Position numbers and translations under genes: made by a program
Part shown: piece by piece, positions 23,892 through 34,708 of the stretch
How positions within the stretch are numbered: position 1 is the first letter of the stretch
How the letters are laid out: each line of letters opens with the position of its first letter
Source: Macrostomum lignano
Lineage: Eukaryota
Length of the DNA: 50,930 bases
Direction: 5' to 3'
NCBI GenBank assembly: GCA_002269645.1
Contig: NIVC01002512.1
Span: 1-50,930 of the forward strand
Notes under the pieces: model-generated
Told to the model about the DNA's origin: nothing
Database searches by the model: none
What the model saw: the letters and a program-made list of their open reading frames with translations, nothing else

Positions 23892-24866
23892 ATGGACACT
23901 GATAATGATCGGCTATATTTTATAGGAGAAATTGTAGATACTTTAGATCTAGATGATAATAAACATAGCCACGCAATGTTAAAAAAATTGGATCGTTTAG
24001 GTAAAAAACTTGACTACGACATCGAGACGTTTAAACTTGCTGCCAAATATGCACAAGAAGGAAGGCCAATATCCTTTAAGAATCGCGGTAGAAATTATAG
24101 GCTGACAGACTCCGATGTAAAATTTTTATTGGAGACTCATACTAAAAAAGACGGCGGATTGTTACCTATTTTACCGATTCTTTTAGGCCTCGGAGCAGCT
24201 GGAGCAGCCGGTTTAGCAGGTAAAAGAATTCATGATAACCGAAAACAGTTAGCAGAATTAAAGGCAAAACAGGGAGGAATATTGCCATTAGCAACTTTAT
24301 TACCAATAATTTTTGCAGGAATAGGAGCAGCTGGTGGAGTTGCTGGCGGAGCAGCTGGAATTGCAAAAGCAGTAAATGACAAAAAAGCTGCGGATGAAAA
24401 AGCCAAAAGAGAGGCCGAATTTCAAAGACAGCAAATAACGCAGGACGCACAATTCAAACAGAAACTCATTGACACCATTAATAGTAGTTCAGCAACAGCA
24501 GAGCAAAAAAGAAATGCAGAAGCTAGGTTAGCAGCCGGAAAAGGTTTACTGTTAAATGGCAGCGGTTTGGTACTAAAAGGAACAACCCAAGGAAGTGGAG
24601 TTGTAGCAGATAAACTACAGGAATTTGGTCAAACTTTAGAAAAAACGGGTGAGAAAGCTAAAGGATTTTTTGACAATATTGGAGCTAATTTTAGGCCAGC
24701 AGTTCAGAAGATTTTTACTAAGTTAGGAAAAGATTTTAACATAATTGAAAAACACGACGGAAGCGGATTATATCTCGAAATGAGACCAAAAGCAGGTTCA
24801 GGAATTTTCTTAAATTCAAATGTTATGGGCAATGGATTGCTATTACCAAAAGCAGATCTCGAATAG
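23892..24866 (+). CDS. Polinton protein with two adenovirus pX-like hydrophobic segments (putative core/membrane-active protein)
   Basis: GGLLPILPILLGLGAAGAAG and GGILPLATLLPIIFAGIGAAGG resemble adenovirus pX (GGILPLLIPLIAAAIGA). Multiple GxG motifs. Confidence 0.7.
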   Translation: MDTDNDRLYFIGEIVDTLDLDDNKHSHAMLKKLDRLGKKLDYDIETFKLAAKYAQEGRPISFKNRGRNYRLTDSDVKFLLETHTKKDGGLLPILPILLGLGAAGAAGLAGKRIHDNRKQLAELKAKQGGILPLATLLPIIFAGIGAAGGVAGGAAGIAKAVNDKKAADEKAKREAEFQRQQITQDAQFKQKLIDTINSSSATAEQKRNAEARLAAGKGLLLNGSGLVLKGTTQGSGVVADKLQEFGQTLEKTGEKAKGFFDNIGANFRPAVQKIFTKLGKDFNIIEKHDGSGLYLEMRPKAGSGIFLNSNVMGNGLLLPKADLE

Positions 24867-24950
24867 GCTCCTGGGGGGTGGGTCAGGACGCTAAAAACAT
24901 AAAATTAAAAAACCAATAATTCAAATACTATATAAATTATATTCCATAAA

Positions 24951-27900
24951 ATGGAAGCAATTTTAGCTCAAATCGATAATCCCGAAATTAGAGCACAATT
25001 AATAGCTCAATTGGAATTAGAAAGAGCTAATATAGAAGCTAGAGTTAGGGCAGAAAATGAGATACGTTTAGAAAGACAATTAAATGATATTGATAACCCC
25101 CAACCACAAAGACAAAATGGAGCTGAAGTAATAGATATAGATATTGATATAAATACAAATTATAAAGAATATTTTAAACAAATGAAAGATAAATTAAAGA
25201 CCATATTAAACAATTATACTATAAGGCCAAATAACAAACTACAGCCAATTAAGTATAAAATAGAAGTTGAAACAGAATTTAAAAAACCAAATATACTTAA
25301 TGCAAATTCAGAAATTGAAGTAATAAATAACTTTTCACAAGAATCTTATAAGACACTTCTATCAATGAGAAATTACAACAATCAATTTAATCAAGTAGAA
25401 GCTGAGTTTGATGAATGGATAGATAAGATGACAGAAAACGGATCCGGGTTTATATTTGTATCCTGTAATTCAGCAATAGTAAAGATTGCACCCATAGAAA
25501 TTCTTAAAGGACGATCACACATGAAGCTATACTTTAAATCACCAATGATTATAAATCCAGACAATAGAGATAATAAATGTTTATTATGGTGTTTATTAAT
25601 TCATAAATATCACAATCAAGTAGAATCACACATTAATAAAATATATAATTATAGACAATATGAGGATGAAATAATAATGAAAAACATATCATACCCAGTA
25701 GCAATAGATGATATATATAAGATTGAAAAAATGAATGGTTTAAATATTAATGTGTTTACAATTGAAGAACCAGAAGATCTAGAAGTAATTCTAGCTGATA
25801 AAGAATGGTATAAGAAAAACTGTTATTTAGTAAAACCAGCAACTGATATAACTGCACCAGATCAAATCGATCTTTTGTACATGCAGCGCGAAAATGAAAC
25901 ACATTATATATACATAAAAGATATTAGTTCTTTTTTAAGAGAAAATAGAAATAGATATCCACTATGTAGAAATTGTTTCACATTTAAAAAGGATGAAACA
26001 GCTCTTAAAAATCATCAACGATTTTGTTTAGATCATAAATTTACTAATGTTATAATGCCAGATTATGAAGATGCAACCCTAAAGTTCCAACAACATTATA
26101 TGGCAATTAAAAAACCAATAGTAATATATGCTGATTTTGAAGCAACAAATGTTCCCTTAAAAGAATCACAGACGGTATCTGATGGAGATCATGCAAAGCA
26201 TGCGACCCTACGGGACGAATGCACAAAAAAATTAGCACAACAGTTTCCGAATAGTTATTGTATATATGTACACTCCGTAGCTGATCATATATTTAAATCA
26301 AGGATGATTACTTACCACGGCGAGGACGCAGCAAAACACATGGCAGAATCATTAGTAAATGCATTTGAAGTTATACAAAATCAATATGATAAATTATCAA
26401 AAAATATTATTATGACAGATAAGGATAGAGACAATTATAAAAATGCAACAAATTGTTTTATGTGCAAAAGGTATTTAAGTAAGAATAATAAAATACGAGA
26501 ACATTGTCATCTAACGGGAAAATATCGTGGGGCAGCATGTAGATCATGTAACGCAAAAGAAGGAAAAGGCTGTAAGGAAATACCAGTATTTTTTCATAAT
26601 GGTTCCGGATATGATTTTCATTTCTTAGTTCGAGAATTGCTACATTTAGGAAAGGATGAATATGAAGTAAATATATTACCTAAAACATCAGAAAATTACA
26701 TATCAATAACATATGGTAAGAAATACTCCCATCTAGTTTTTCTAGATTCCTTGAGATTCTTATCAACATCTTTAGCAAATGTTGTTTCATCATTAGTTCC
26801 AAAACCATGGGATTTAGAAATAGTAAAGAAAAACTTTCCAATCTTATTGGATCGCTTTAAAAAGGAAAAACTATCCGAGGAAGAACTAATGCTATTAACT
26901 CGTAAGGGCATCTACCCATATGAATATGTAACATCTAAAGAGGTATTTTCTCATACCGAATTACCCCCAATTGATAAGTTTTATTCCACATTATCACAAT
27001 CAAATATAAGTGAATCGGATTATGAACACGCTCAAAAAGTATGGAAATACTTTAATTGTAAAACATTTAAAGATTATCATAATCTATATCTTAAAGCAGA
27101 TGTTCTCCTATTAGCTGATGCATTTGAAAACTTTAGGAATCATACATATGAGAATTTCAAAATTGATCCCGCATATTGTTTTAGTGCACCGGGATTAACA
27201 TGGGCTTGCGGTTTGAAACATACAGATGTTGAGATTGATTTACTAACTGATCATGATATGTTGTTAATGATTGAGAGAGGAATTCGCGGTGGATTCTCGG
27301 GTGTACTAGGAGATAGATATACTAAAGTAAATAATAAATATCTACCAAATTATAATAAAAAAGAAAAATCATCATATGTATTATATCTAGATGCAAACAA
27401 TTTATACGGCGGTTGTATGAAACAAAAATTACCAATAGCTGATTTCCAATGGGAAGACGATCCCGATTATTACAAAAACATTCCCGAAGGAAGGGGCTGT
27501 ATCGTAGAAGTGGATTTGCAATATACTCGGGAAGCAAAAGCAAAAACATATAAATATCCTTTAGCTCCAGAGCATTGTTCAGTTACTGAAGATGATTTAT
27601 CACAAACACAAAAAGATTATCTTAAAGCAGATAATGCAAAACATCTAGCAACAAAAAAGTTAATACTAAATTTACATGATAAGAAAAACTATGTAGTGCA
27701 TTATAAGCTTCTACAATTTTATGAAAAGCAGGGATTAAATGTGTCTAAAGTACATCGAACAATATCGTTTATTGAGGAAGATTGGTTAGCTAAATATATT
27801 GATTTTAATTCAAATCAGAGACAGATGTCAAAAACAAATTTTGAGAAAGATTATTGGAAATTAATGAATAATGCTTTTTATGGAAAAACGGTTGAAAATA

Positions 27901-28919
27901 TTAGAGATAGAACCCAATTCCATTTAGAAAAGGATATTGATAAAGCAAAGAAATATTTCTCAAAACCTAACTTTAAAGATTTTATAAAATTTGATGATAA
28001 CTTTATGGGTATTCATATGAGAAATAAAACAACAAAATTTCTTAAACCAATATTTATTGGAATGGTTGTTTTAGATTTTGCAAAGCTAGTAATGTATGAA
28101 TATTATTATGATGTTATAAATAAAACATGGCCAGATAACTATCCAATATATGCAGACACCGACAGTTTGGTATTTAAGGTTGAAACAGATGACCGGGCAA
28201 AGCCCGCGAACCAAAGGTTCGATGTCTATAAAGATATGGAAAAAATTAAGGATACATTGGATACCTCCGACTATCCGGATAACCATCCTTTAAAATCAGA
28301 TCAAAATAAAAAAGTTGTACTTAAAATGAAAGATGAATTAAATAGCAAAATCATAACCGAGTTTATAGCAATAAGATCAAAATGCTATGCATTTAAAGTT
28401 TTAGGACAGGAGGGAGAGGTAAAAAAAATAAAAGGGGTATCAAGGGCAGCAGTTAAAAAGATAACATTTGATGATTATAAAAACGTACTTTTAGATTATC
28501 TTAATACAATCGAAAATTATCATGCTCCACAATATCAATTAAATTCAGATAAGCATAAGATGTTTGTCATCGAGACAGATAAAAAAACATTAAGTCCATT
28601 TGATGATAAAAGATATTTAGATGATAAAATAAAAACATATCCATATGGTTTAAAAGAAGAGATAATAAACATGATAAAAGATAAAAAACAAAAAGAAGAT
28701 ATTATAAGCAATTATAAAGAATACAAAGAAGCAATAAATAATTATTATTACGATTGTGATTGCGAATCCGAATGTGAATGTGAATATAATAAATTTCTAG
28801 AATATAAAAAAGATATAGATAATTATTATGCAACATTTCCAAAAGAACTTAAAAAATTAAATAAGGAAAAAGTCTTGAATAACTGGAAGAGATTAACAGA
28901 AAAATTACTTATCGGATAA
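24951..28919 (+). CDS. polB: Protein-primed family B DNA polymerase (pPolB), 1322 aa
   Basis: IYADFE, FFHNGSGYDFHF, RKGIYPYEY, YLDANNLYG, KLMNNAFYGK and YADTDS motifs; endonuclease VII-like Zn insert CFMC..REHCHLTGKYRGAAC; uninterrupted frame. Confidence 0.97.
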   Translation: MEAILAQIDNPEIRAQLIAQLELERANIEARVRAENEIRLERQLNDIDNPQPQRQNGAEVIDIDIDINTNYKEYFKQMKDKLKTILNNYTIRPNNKLQPIKYKIEVETEFKKPNILNANSEIEVINNFSQESYKTLLSMRNYNNQFNQVEAEFDEWIDKMTENGSGFIFVSCNSAIVKIAPIEILKGRSHMKLYFKSPMIINPDNRDNKCLLWCLLIHKYHNQVESHINKIYNYRQYEDEIIMKNISYPVAIDDIYKIEKMNGLNINVFTIEEPEDLEVILADKEWYKKNCYLVKPATDITAPDQIDLLYMQRENETHYIYIKDISSFLRENRNRYPLCRNCFTFKKDETALKNHQRFCLDHKFTNVIMPDYEDATLKFQQHYMAIKKPIVIYADFEATNVPLKESQTVSDGDHAKHATLRDECTKKLAQQFPNSYCIYVHSVADHIFKSRMITYHGEDAAKHMAESLVNAFEVIQNQYDKLSKNIIMTDKDRDNYKNATNCFMCKRYLSKNNKIREHCHLTGKYRGAACRSCNAKEGKGCKEIPVFFHNGSGYDFHFLVRELLHLGKDEYEVNILPKTSENYISITYGKKYSHLVFLDSLRFLSTSLANVVSSLVPKPWDLEIVKKNFPILLDRFKKEKLSEEELMLLTRKGIYPYEYVTSKEVFSHTELPPIDKFYSTLSQSNISESDYEHAQKVWKYFNCKTFKDYHNLYLKADVLLLADAFENFRNHTYENFKIDPAYCFSAPGLTWACGLKHTDVEIDLLTDHDMLLMIERGIRGGFSGVLGDRYTKVNNKYLPNYNKKEKSSYVLYLDANNLYGGCMKQKLPIADFQWEDDPDYYKNIPEGRGCIVEVDLQYTREAKAKTYKYPLAPEHCSVTEDDLSQTQKDYLKADNAKHLATKKLILNLHDKKNYVVHYKLLQFYEKQGLNVSKVHRTISFIEEDWLAKYIDFNSNQRQMSKTNFEKDYWKLMNNAFYGKTVENIRDRTQFHLEKDIDKAKKYFSKPNFKDFIKFDDNFMGIHMRNKTTKFLKPIFIGMVVLDFAKLVMYEYYYDVINKTWPDNYPIYADTDSLVFKVETDDRAKPANQRFDVYKDMEKIKDTLDTSDYPDNHPLKSDQNKKVVLKMKDELNSKIITEFIAIRSKCYAFKVLGQEGEVKKIKGVSRAAVKKITFDDYKNVLLDYLNTIENYHAPQYQLNSDKHKMFVIETDKKTLSPFDDKRYLDDKIKTYPYGLKEEIINMIKDKKQKEDIISNYKEYKEAINNYYYDCDCESECECEYNKFLEYKKDIDNYYATFPKELKKLNKEKVLNNWKRLTEKLLIG

Positions 28920-29300
28920 AATCCGCGACCCTTCGGGGCGGACAAAAACCAAAGCATGTAATTGTTTGAGCATATCATTAACTTCAATTTCATATATTAT
29001 TGAGCACCAATTATCCTCACAGTCGGCAGGGTAACTTAAACATTCCTTTATTTTTTTCCTAAGTTTTTTTATTTTTCTAACAAGACGATCAATTTCAATT
29101 TCAATTACTATTTCAGCATAATTAATTGCTTTTTGTATAAAACGTTTTCTTTTATCCAAGTCGTATCGGATAGGAAACATATCGTCCCCATAATCACTAT
29201 AAAACATATTATTTATTTTTTTATTAATATAATTAAGTTCACGCTCTTTAGTGATAAGGATTTTTATTGTCTCCATTTTCTTATAAAAAAATTTAGTCAT
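28905..29300 (-). CDS. Polinton hypothetical protein (131 aa)
   Basis: ORF with A-rich start in a tightly packed gene block. Confidence 0.55.
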   Translation of the reverse strand: MTKFFYKKMETIKILITKERELNYINKKINNMFYSDYGDDMFPIRYDLDKRKRFIQKAINYAEIVIEIEIDRLVRKIKKLRKKIKECLSYPADCEDNWCSIIYEIEVNDMLKQLHALVFVRPEGSRILSDK

Positions 29301-29625
29301 CTTCGTCAGCCTCCCAAACCGAAGCCAATTTTACAGTCCTATCACACTTTTTATTTTTTGGTTGTTTTAGTTTAAATTGCAACCCACCCTCCAGACTGTA
29401 TTTCATAACAAACGCTTTTGGTTTATTAATAACTAAAACAGGAAAATTTTTAACATCATCTCCGCTTAGACATAAAATTTTATGCCCATCTAATTGTAAA
29501 AATATCGATTGAAGTCCAATAAATTTAACCTGTCTCAAACATATAATATTATATTCTTTATTCTCCAACATATTGGGGGTGACATAATTAATCACATTAG
29601 AATCGGTTTTGAACCAGCTTTCCAT
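29293..29625 (-). CDS. Polinton hypothetical protein (110 aa)
   Basis: AAAATG start; abuts neighbouring ORFs. Confidence 0.6.
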   Translation of the reverse strand: MESWFKTDSNVINYVTPNMLENKEYNIICLRQVKFIGLQSIFLQLDGHKILCLSGDDVKNFPVLVINKPKAFVMKYSLEGGLQFKLKQPKNKKCDRTVKLASVWEADEDD

Positions 29626-29651
29626 TTTTAATCTAAAAAAATAACAAAAAA

Positions 29652-30146
29652 ATGAAAGACATTTACGAATGTAAAAAATGTAACGTGACTATGCATAGAG
29701 CTCAAACAGCAAGCGGAGATATATATCATATGTGCTATTCATGTTCTAAAATATATCAATTTGAAAAAACAAAAAAGATTGAAAACTCATATTACTATTT
29801 TAAAAACACAATTTTAAGAAATCTTACAAGAGACATTTCTAATCCAATTTTAATTCCCGGAAATAATGTTTATTTATATAACAACTTTTTCCATTTAAAT
29901 AAAGGAGTGGGATTAAGTTCGAAAGACTCCGAAAGGATTTTAATTTTAGTTGGATATTATTTTAATTTTCTTATTCGAGAGAATACAAAGTTTATAAGGA
30001 TAGGTAACATACCTAACGAAATGTTACTGAAAAAGTCGTTGGAATTTTTATGTATTGATAAAAAATTTAAACCTAGGATTACAAGAGAATTACCACTTTG
30101 GGAAGAATATATAACGTATGCGTTAGAAAAAACTAAACAACATTAA
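29652..30146 (+). CDS. Polinton hypothetical protein with N-terminal CxxC..CxxC zinc ribbon
   Basis: YECKKCN...MCYSCSK; AAAAAATG start. Confidence 0.6.
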   Translation: MKDIYECKKCNVTMHRAQTASGDIYHMCYSCSKIYQFEKTKKIENSYYYFKNTILRNLTRDISNPILIPGNNVYLYNNFFHLNKGVGLSSKDSERILILVGYYFNFLIRENTKFIRIGNIPNEMLLKKSLEFLCIDKKFKPRITRELPLWEEYITYALEKTKQH

Positions 30147-30789
30147 GTTCTACCGCACTACCTGACCGTGGGCTTTGTACCCCAGTAGCCAGAGTTTCGG
30201 GTTCGTAAATACCTAATGTTTCTATCGGAGGAGCTTTGGGTTTGTCCAAACGTAATTCCTTCAATTCCATATCGGTAAAAGTTTCAACATCTAAAATTCT
30301 ATTTCTATCTTTTAAATATTTTTCATATAATTCCACCGCCGTTGATAACTCATGAATTGTTATCTTTCCATCATCCAATATTTTTTGCACATATAAATAC
30401 AACTGATTTTTATATTGTTTTGCAATATCTCTTAATGATTTATATTTATCCTTTCGTTTTTTAAGATATAATTTAATTGCTAAAAGTATTGATAAGTTTC
30501 TGATCATTTCAAAACCTGATATTGAGCCAATTGAAATACCTAAAAATAATTGAGATAAATTAAGAGTTGGAATAGATTGTAAAATACCTAAAACGATTAC
30601 ACATAACATTGATAAACTTCCAAATCCAATATTGAAAAAATCCATATTTCTGATATGGTTTGAAACTCTTCTTACTTTTTTGGTATATAAATCATAATCA
30701 TAGTTAATACGATCAACATTACTTAACATGTGACCCTTGCGTTGGTTAAAATGGTCACGTTCCCTTTTATCTGCTTCAGATACCGACAT
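30133..30789 (-). CDS. Polinton membrane protein (two predicted TM helices)
   Basis: Hydrophobic hairpin IGFGSLSMLCVIVLGIL..LFLGISIGSISG followed by KILDDGKITIHEL. Resembles a recurrent Polinton accessory protein, from recall only. Confidence 0.65.
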   Translation of the reverse strand: MSVSEADKRERDHFNQRKGHMLSNVDRINYDYDLYTKKVRRVSNHIRNMDFFNIGFGSLSMLCVIVLGILQSIPTLNLSQLFLGISIGSISGFEMIRNLSILLAIKLYLKKRKDKYKSLRDIAKQYKNQLYLYVQKILDDGKITIHELSTAVELYEKYLKDRNRILDVETFTDMELKELRLDKPKAPPIETLGIYEPETLATGVQSPRSGSAVELNVV

Positions 30790-31105
30790 TTTCGTCTATT
30801 TTTAATAGCACCAAAATGAATTCCCCGCGCTCTTTGGGTATTTGCCCGGAGCTTAATAGGTATTGTATTGGAGTGATTCTTTCTTTTTTCTCCCATTTAA
30901 ATCCAATCTTCCAAAACTCTTGAAGTATAATATGATTTTTTAATAGTTTAATTAATTCTTGAAGCTTCTTGTTATCCTGAACATTTACAGTACTAAATAA
31001 AAATTTGGTATGAGATTTGAATGTTTTTATATTTGATTCTTGTTTAGGAATAGGAATAATAACGTTATTATTTTGTCGCATCGATGGAGTTCTACTAAAA
31101 GCCAT
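30776..31105 (-). CDS. Polinton hypothetical protein (109 aa)
   Basis: AAAATG start; overlaps the next ORF. Confidence 0.55.
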   Translation of the reverse strand: MAFSRTPSMRQNNNVIIPIPKQESNIKTFKSHTKFLFSTVNVQDNKKLQELIKLLKNHIILQEFWKIGFKWEKKERITPIQYLLSSGQIPKERGEFILVLLKIDENVGI

Positions 31106-31161
31106 TTTATATATAAATATTTAAGGTATCGAACCTTTGGTTCGCGACTTAGGCTTTAGCC

Positions 31162-33207
31162 TTAGGCGATTTCGGTTTGTGGCCGTTCCAAATATGCGGT
31201 CGCAGCAAAATCATATCCTGCTGATGTGCTACCACAAACGGCAGCGCCACGAATAAAATGTGCAGCATCTGCTCCTCCAGTTCGAGCACCAAAACCCATA
31301 AGAGTTCCCGTTTTATCTAAAGTTCCCCAAGTTCCACTATCATATGTAAAAAAGTTTTGCCCAATTAGCGTATATGTATTAGCTGAAACATTGTATGTGC
31401 TTATTTGATACCAAACTCTTTGATTTAAAATATTAATTTCAAAAAGATGCCAATCACCATTATCAATATTAGCATAGGTTATAGTTTGATCTGCGTCATT
31501 AAGAACATCATTACGAACTGTTGCACCGTCTGATTTTATATTGCTCCAAAGAACCCCAACTCTATCATGCCATTCACTCGCAAACACAATCAAGCCGGCG
31601 TTGGTTGTTAACCCGGATCCAAATTCACTTGTTGGTCGTTCGTGACAATATGCATAAAACCAAACCGCATCAGCACCACTTCCTGTGGCATTAGCAACTC
31701 GGAAATAGAAGGAGGCGGATATATTACGAAAATGGGTGAAATTAAATTGTAACGCTCCAGAGCGACCCGATGCTTCATCAGTAATTCTAGCTCCATTTTG
31801 ATAATCAATATATGTAGCATCACCAACAAAACTTCCAGTTGGAAAAATATCGCCGGCGGTGGTTGGGTTTTGATATCCAGTCCAATTGCAAATTACAGGC
31901 TCGTACAAAGCGGCATCGATTGCAGGTATTCCATCCAATTTTATTTTATCGTTAAAAGACATTCGGCCATCCGCCGTTTGTGTTACTCGCGTATCAACAT
32001 AACCTTTAGTAACAACAGAACTGTTATTGTTTATAGTAGAGATATTAGTAATTGTATTACCTCCCATATCAATTGATTGATCAACTACTCCCAAATTTAA
32101 ATCAAGAATTGTAAACGTCTGTCTATAAATCTGGAAGGTTGACAGACCTGGGTTGGTAGCGCCCGAGGTTGATGTAAGACAGAACAATCTGAAATATGAA
32201 TATGTTTTATCAAAATTTTGTGTGACATTAATTGTTTGAGTTGAGTTATTTATTACTACAGAACTATCCGCAGGTATTAATACGTCCCAACTTGTATTGT
32301 CGTTACTCCCCTCAAATCGCCATGATGCTGGGTGTTCGGTTGAAGGTGATGGCCTACCACGTAAATCAATTTTATAACACATTATTGCGGAAGGGCATTG
32401 GACTTTTATCCAATAATCGGTTTGAGTATTATTTGTTGCCCAATCTGTTGAATCATCACCATCAAACGCTTTCCAGCTTGCAAAATCGGTTGTATTAAAT
32501 GCAGTGCTTGCGGTTATTGCAAAACCATTTCCACTCCAATCTGACATGGTTGGTATGTGACCAGTTTCAACCGTTTGGAACCGATCTTGTTTTTGGGCTC
32601 CACCTCCAACTAAATTATCAACCTCCGTTTTGGTATAAGAATCAGCAACATTCCGTTTTAAATTTAAGGAATTATCAACTTCAGTTTTGGTATAAGAATC
32701 AGCAACATTTCGTTTTAAATTTAGGGAATTATCAACTTCAGTTTTGGTATAAGAATCAGTTATATCTCTTTTCAAATTTAGGGAATTATCAACCTCTGTT
32801 TTGGTATAGGAATCAGCAACATTCCGTTTCAAATTTAAGGAATTATCAACTTCGGTTTTGGTATAAGAATCGGCTGTATCTCTTTTTAAATTTAATGAAT
32901 TATCTATTTGAGTTCGAGAATAAGAATCAGTTATATCTCATTTTAAATTTAACCCATTGTCAACTTCGGTTTTGGTATAAGAATCGGCAGTATTGCGTTT
33001 TAAATTTAGGGAATTATCTATTTGAGTTTTGGTATAGGAATCTGCAACATTTCTTTTTAAATTTAGTTTAGTATCAACTTCACTTTTTTTATAACCTTCA
33101 TCTTCATTAATATATCGGTTGTCTCCGAATGTAACACTTATTCCACCAGAAGTACCACCACCAGTACTTGATGTTCCGTTCCATGAGGGTGTTCCAGAAA
33201 ATAACAT
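31162..33207 (-). CDS. Fibre/receptor-binding-like protein: 19-aa repeats, discoidin (F5/8C)-like domain, lectin-like beta domain; one in-frame TGA at 32938-32940
   Basis: ORFs 32938-33207 and 31162-32832 are in the same frame. About 8 copies of KRNVADSYTKTEVDNSLNL; also ASWKAFDGDDSTDWAT..YWIKVQ..WRFEGSNDNTSWDVL. Confidence 0.75.
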
Positions 33208-33217
33208 TTTTTACTGT

Positions 33218-33658
33218 CTATTTTATAGAGTCTAAAATCATCTTAAATACTTCGGGAGTTACACGAGCTTCATTCGAAAGTCGATATAAAAAATACAACG
33301 CCGCTTGCCCGCAATAACTTTTATCAAAGGTTTGAAACTGTTCGTGATAATCTCCACATAAACGATTTTTAGTATGATTAAATTTATCTTTTATTTCCTG
33401 TAACGGAGGAAGCGCGTATGAATCAAAAAAATAAACAAGTTTAGGTTTGGAATAAACTGCCGACCAATGAACCCCGTTTTCTTTTGTTGTTTCTATATTG
33501 ACAATGTAAGATCCATATTGTGGTAAGTCTTTGATCTCATCCCGCATAACACATCTGAATGGTTTTATTTTTAACTGCCGCGCCCAATTTGTTAATTCGA
33601 TATTGCTTGTTGTGTCTGTTCCATATCTTTGTTTAAAATCATCCCACGTCATGGTCAT
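33218..33658 (-). CDS. Adenain-like cysteine protease (virion maturation protease)
   Basis: NGVHWSAV, YFFDSY and QTFDKSYCGQAALYFL give an H-D-(Q)-C catalytic set. Confidence 0.9.
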   Translation of the reverse strand: MTMTWDDFKQRYGTDTTSNIELTNWARQLKIKPFRCVMRDEIKDLPQYGSYIVNIETTKENGVHWSAVYSKPKLVYFFDSYALPPLQEIKDKFNHTKNRLCGDYHEQFQTFDKSYCGQAALYFLYRLSNEARVTPEVFKMILDSIK

Positions 33659-33659
33659 T

Positions 33660-33833
33660 TTATGTTCCTGAAAAACTCTTGGTTTTGGTTAGTTTCGTAG
33701 GTTTGGATTTTAACAGTTCCTTTCTGATTTTTTCTGCCTGTAATTGTTTCAATTTTGTTAATTCGATTTCATAATTATCTTTTGCATTTTGAACTTTATC
33801 TGATTGTTTTTTTAAAGCATTGTTGTTACCCAT
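33660..33833 (-). CDS. Small basic coiled-coil protein (57 aa) with MG N-terminus
   Basis: AAAAATG GGT AAC..., reads MGNNNALKKQSDKVQNAKDNYEIELTKLKQLQAEKIRKELLKSKPTKLTKTKSFSGT*. Fills the penton-protease gap almost exactly; below the ORF-track cutoff. Confidence 0.6.
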   Translation of the reverse strand: MGNNNALKKQSDKVQNAKDNYEIELTKLKQLQAEKIRKELLKSKPTKLTKTKSFSGT

Positions 33834-33843
33834 TTTTACAGTA

Positions 33844-34629
33844 CTAAACCTGTTTTATACGTAAAATCACTGTTATTGACTGCCCACCAAAACTTATTAA
33901 TCTATCGCTTTCATCTACAATCCTAATATAAATTGATTGAACACTATATTGATTTAATGGGTAATATATTGGGGTTTGAGGTGAAACAATCATTTTCTCT
34001 CCAATTGGAACAGCAAGAAATGGGATTGAATAAATAATTCCACGTTGAACCAAAACTCCGTTATCGTCTGTTATATAACCGCCGTTTGATTTGTCGGTTG
34101 TTATATTAATTGTGTTGACTCCACCCTCAATATTTCCAACTGTATCGCCGGTGCTTGATGTGGTAACTATTCGGGAATTAAATCCAAGTATGGTTCTGAG
34201 TGAATTTGCAATTGTGAAATCAACCTGATATCCGGATTCGAGTGATAGTGTGAATCTGCCAGACGGTAAATCAACACCTATAACAATTGCTCCTGCTACC
34301 CAATCTCCATTAGCTGTTAATTCTCCTTCTATATAAGCATTCAAATCAGTATAGCTATACGCACCCGGGCTAACACTAAATGTTGTCCAATTGGCTCCGG
34401 AATCTTTAGAATATCTAAATTGATTATTTGTTGCATTAATTAATTGTGGCATGTTAAAAACCGAAAATAATATCAAACCTATTTGATAACTTAGGCTTTG
34501 ATCAAGTTGTAACGGATCGCGCAATTGAATCCGTTGCTCGCTGGTTGTCATTATAAACTGTAATGTTGTACTAAATTTTGAATTAGTTCGATCTACCAAT
34601 TGTTTTGTAGTATTTAAATTTGTAGTCAT
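33844..34629 (-). CDS. Minor capsid protein (penton)
   Basis: PLQLD..YQIGLILFSVFN..INATNNQFRY..VSPGAYSYTDLN pattern typical of Polinton pentons. True start is probably the AAAAATG at 34629, not 34728. Confidence 0.8.
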   Translation of the reverse strand: MTTNLNTTKQLVDRTNSKFSTTLQFIMTTSEQRIQLRDPLQLDQSLSYQIGLILFSVFNMPQLINATNNQFRYSKDSGANWTTFSVSPGAYSYTDLNAYIEGELTANGDWVAGAIVIGVDLPSGRFTLSLESGYQVDFTIANSLRTILGFNSRIVTTSSTGDTVGNIEGGVNTINITTDKSNGGYITDDNGVLVQRGIIYSIPFLAVPIGEKMIVSPQTPIYYPLNQYSVQSIYIRIVDESDRLISFGGQSITVILRIKQV

Positions 34630-34708
34630 TTTTATAGTGGGGAAATCGTGCCATAGGCACGCGGACTCCGTCCGATCGCCCCGTAGGGTCGCGTTCCGAA
34701 GGAACGAA

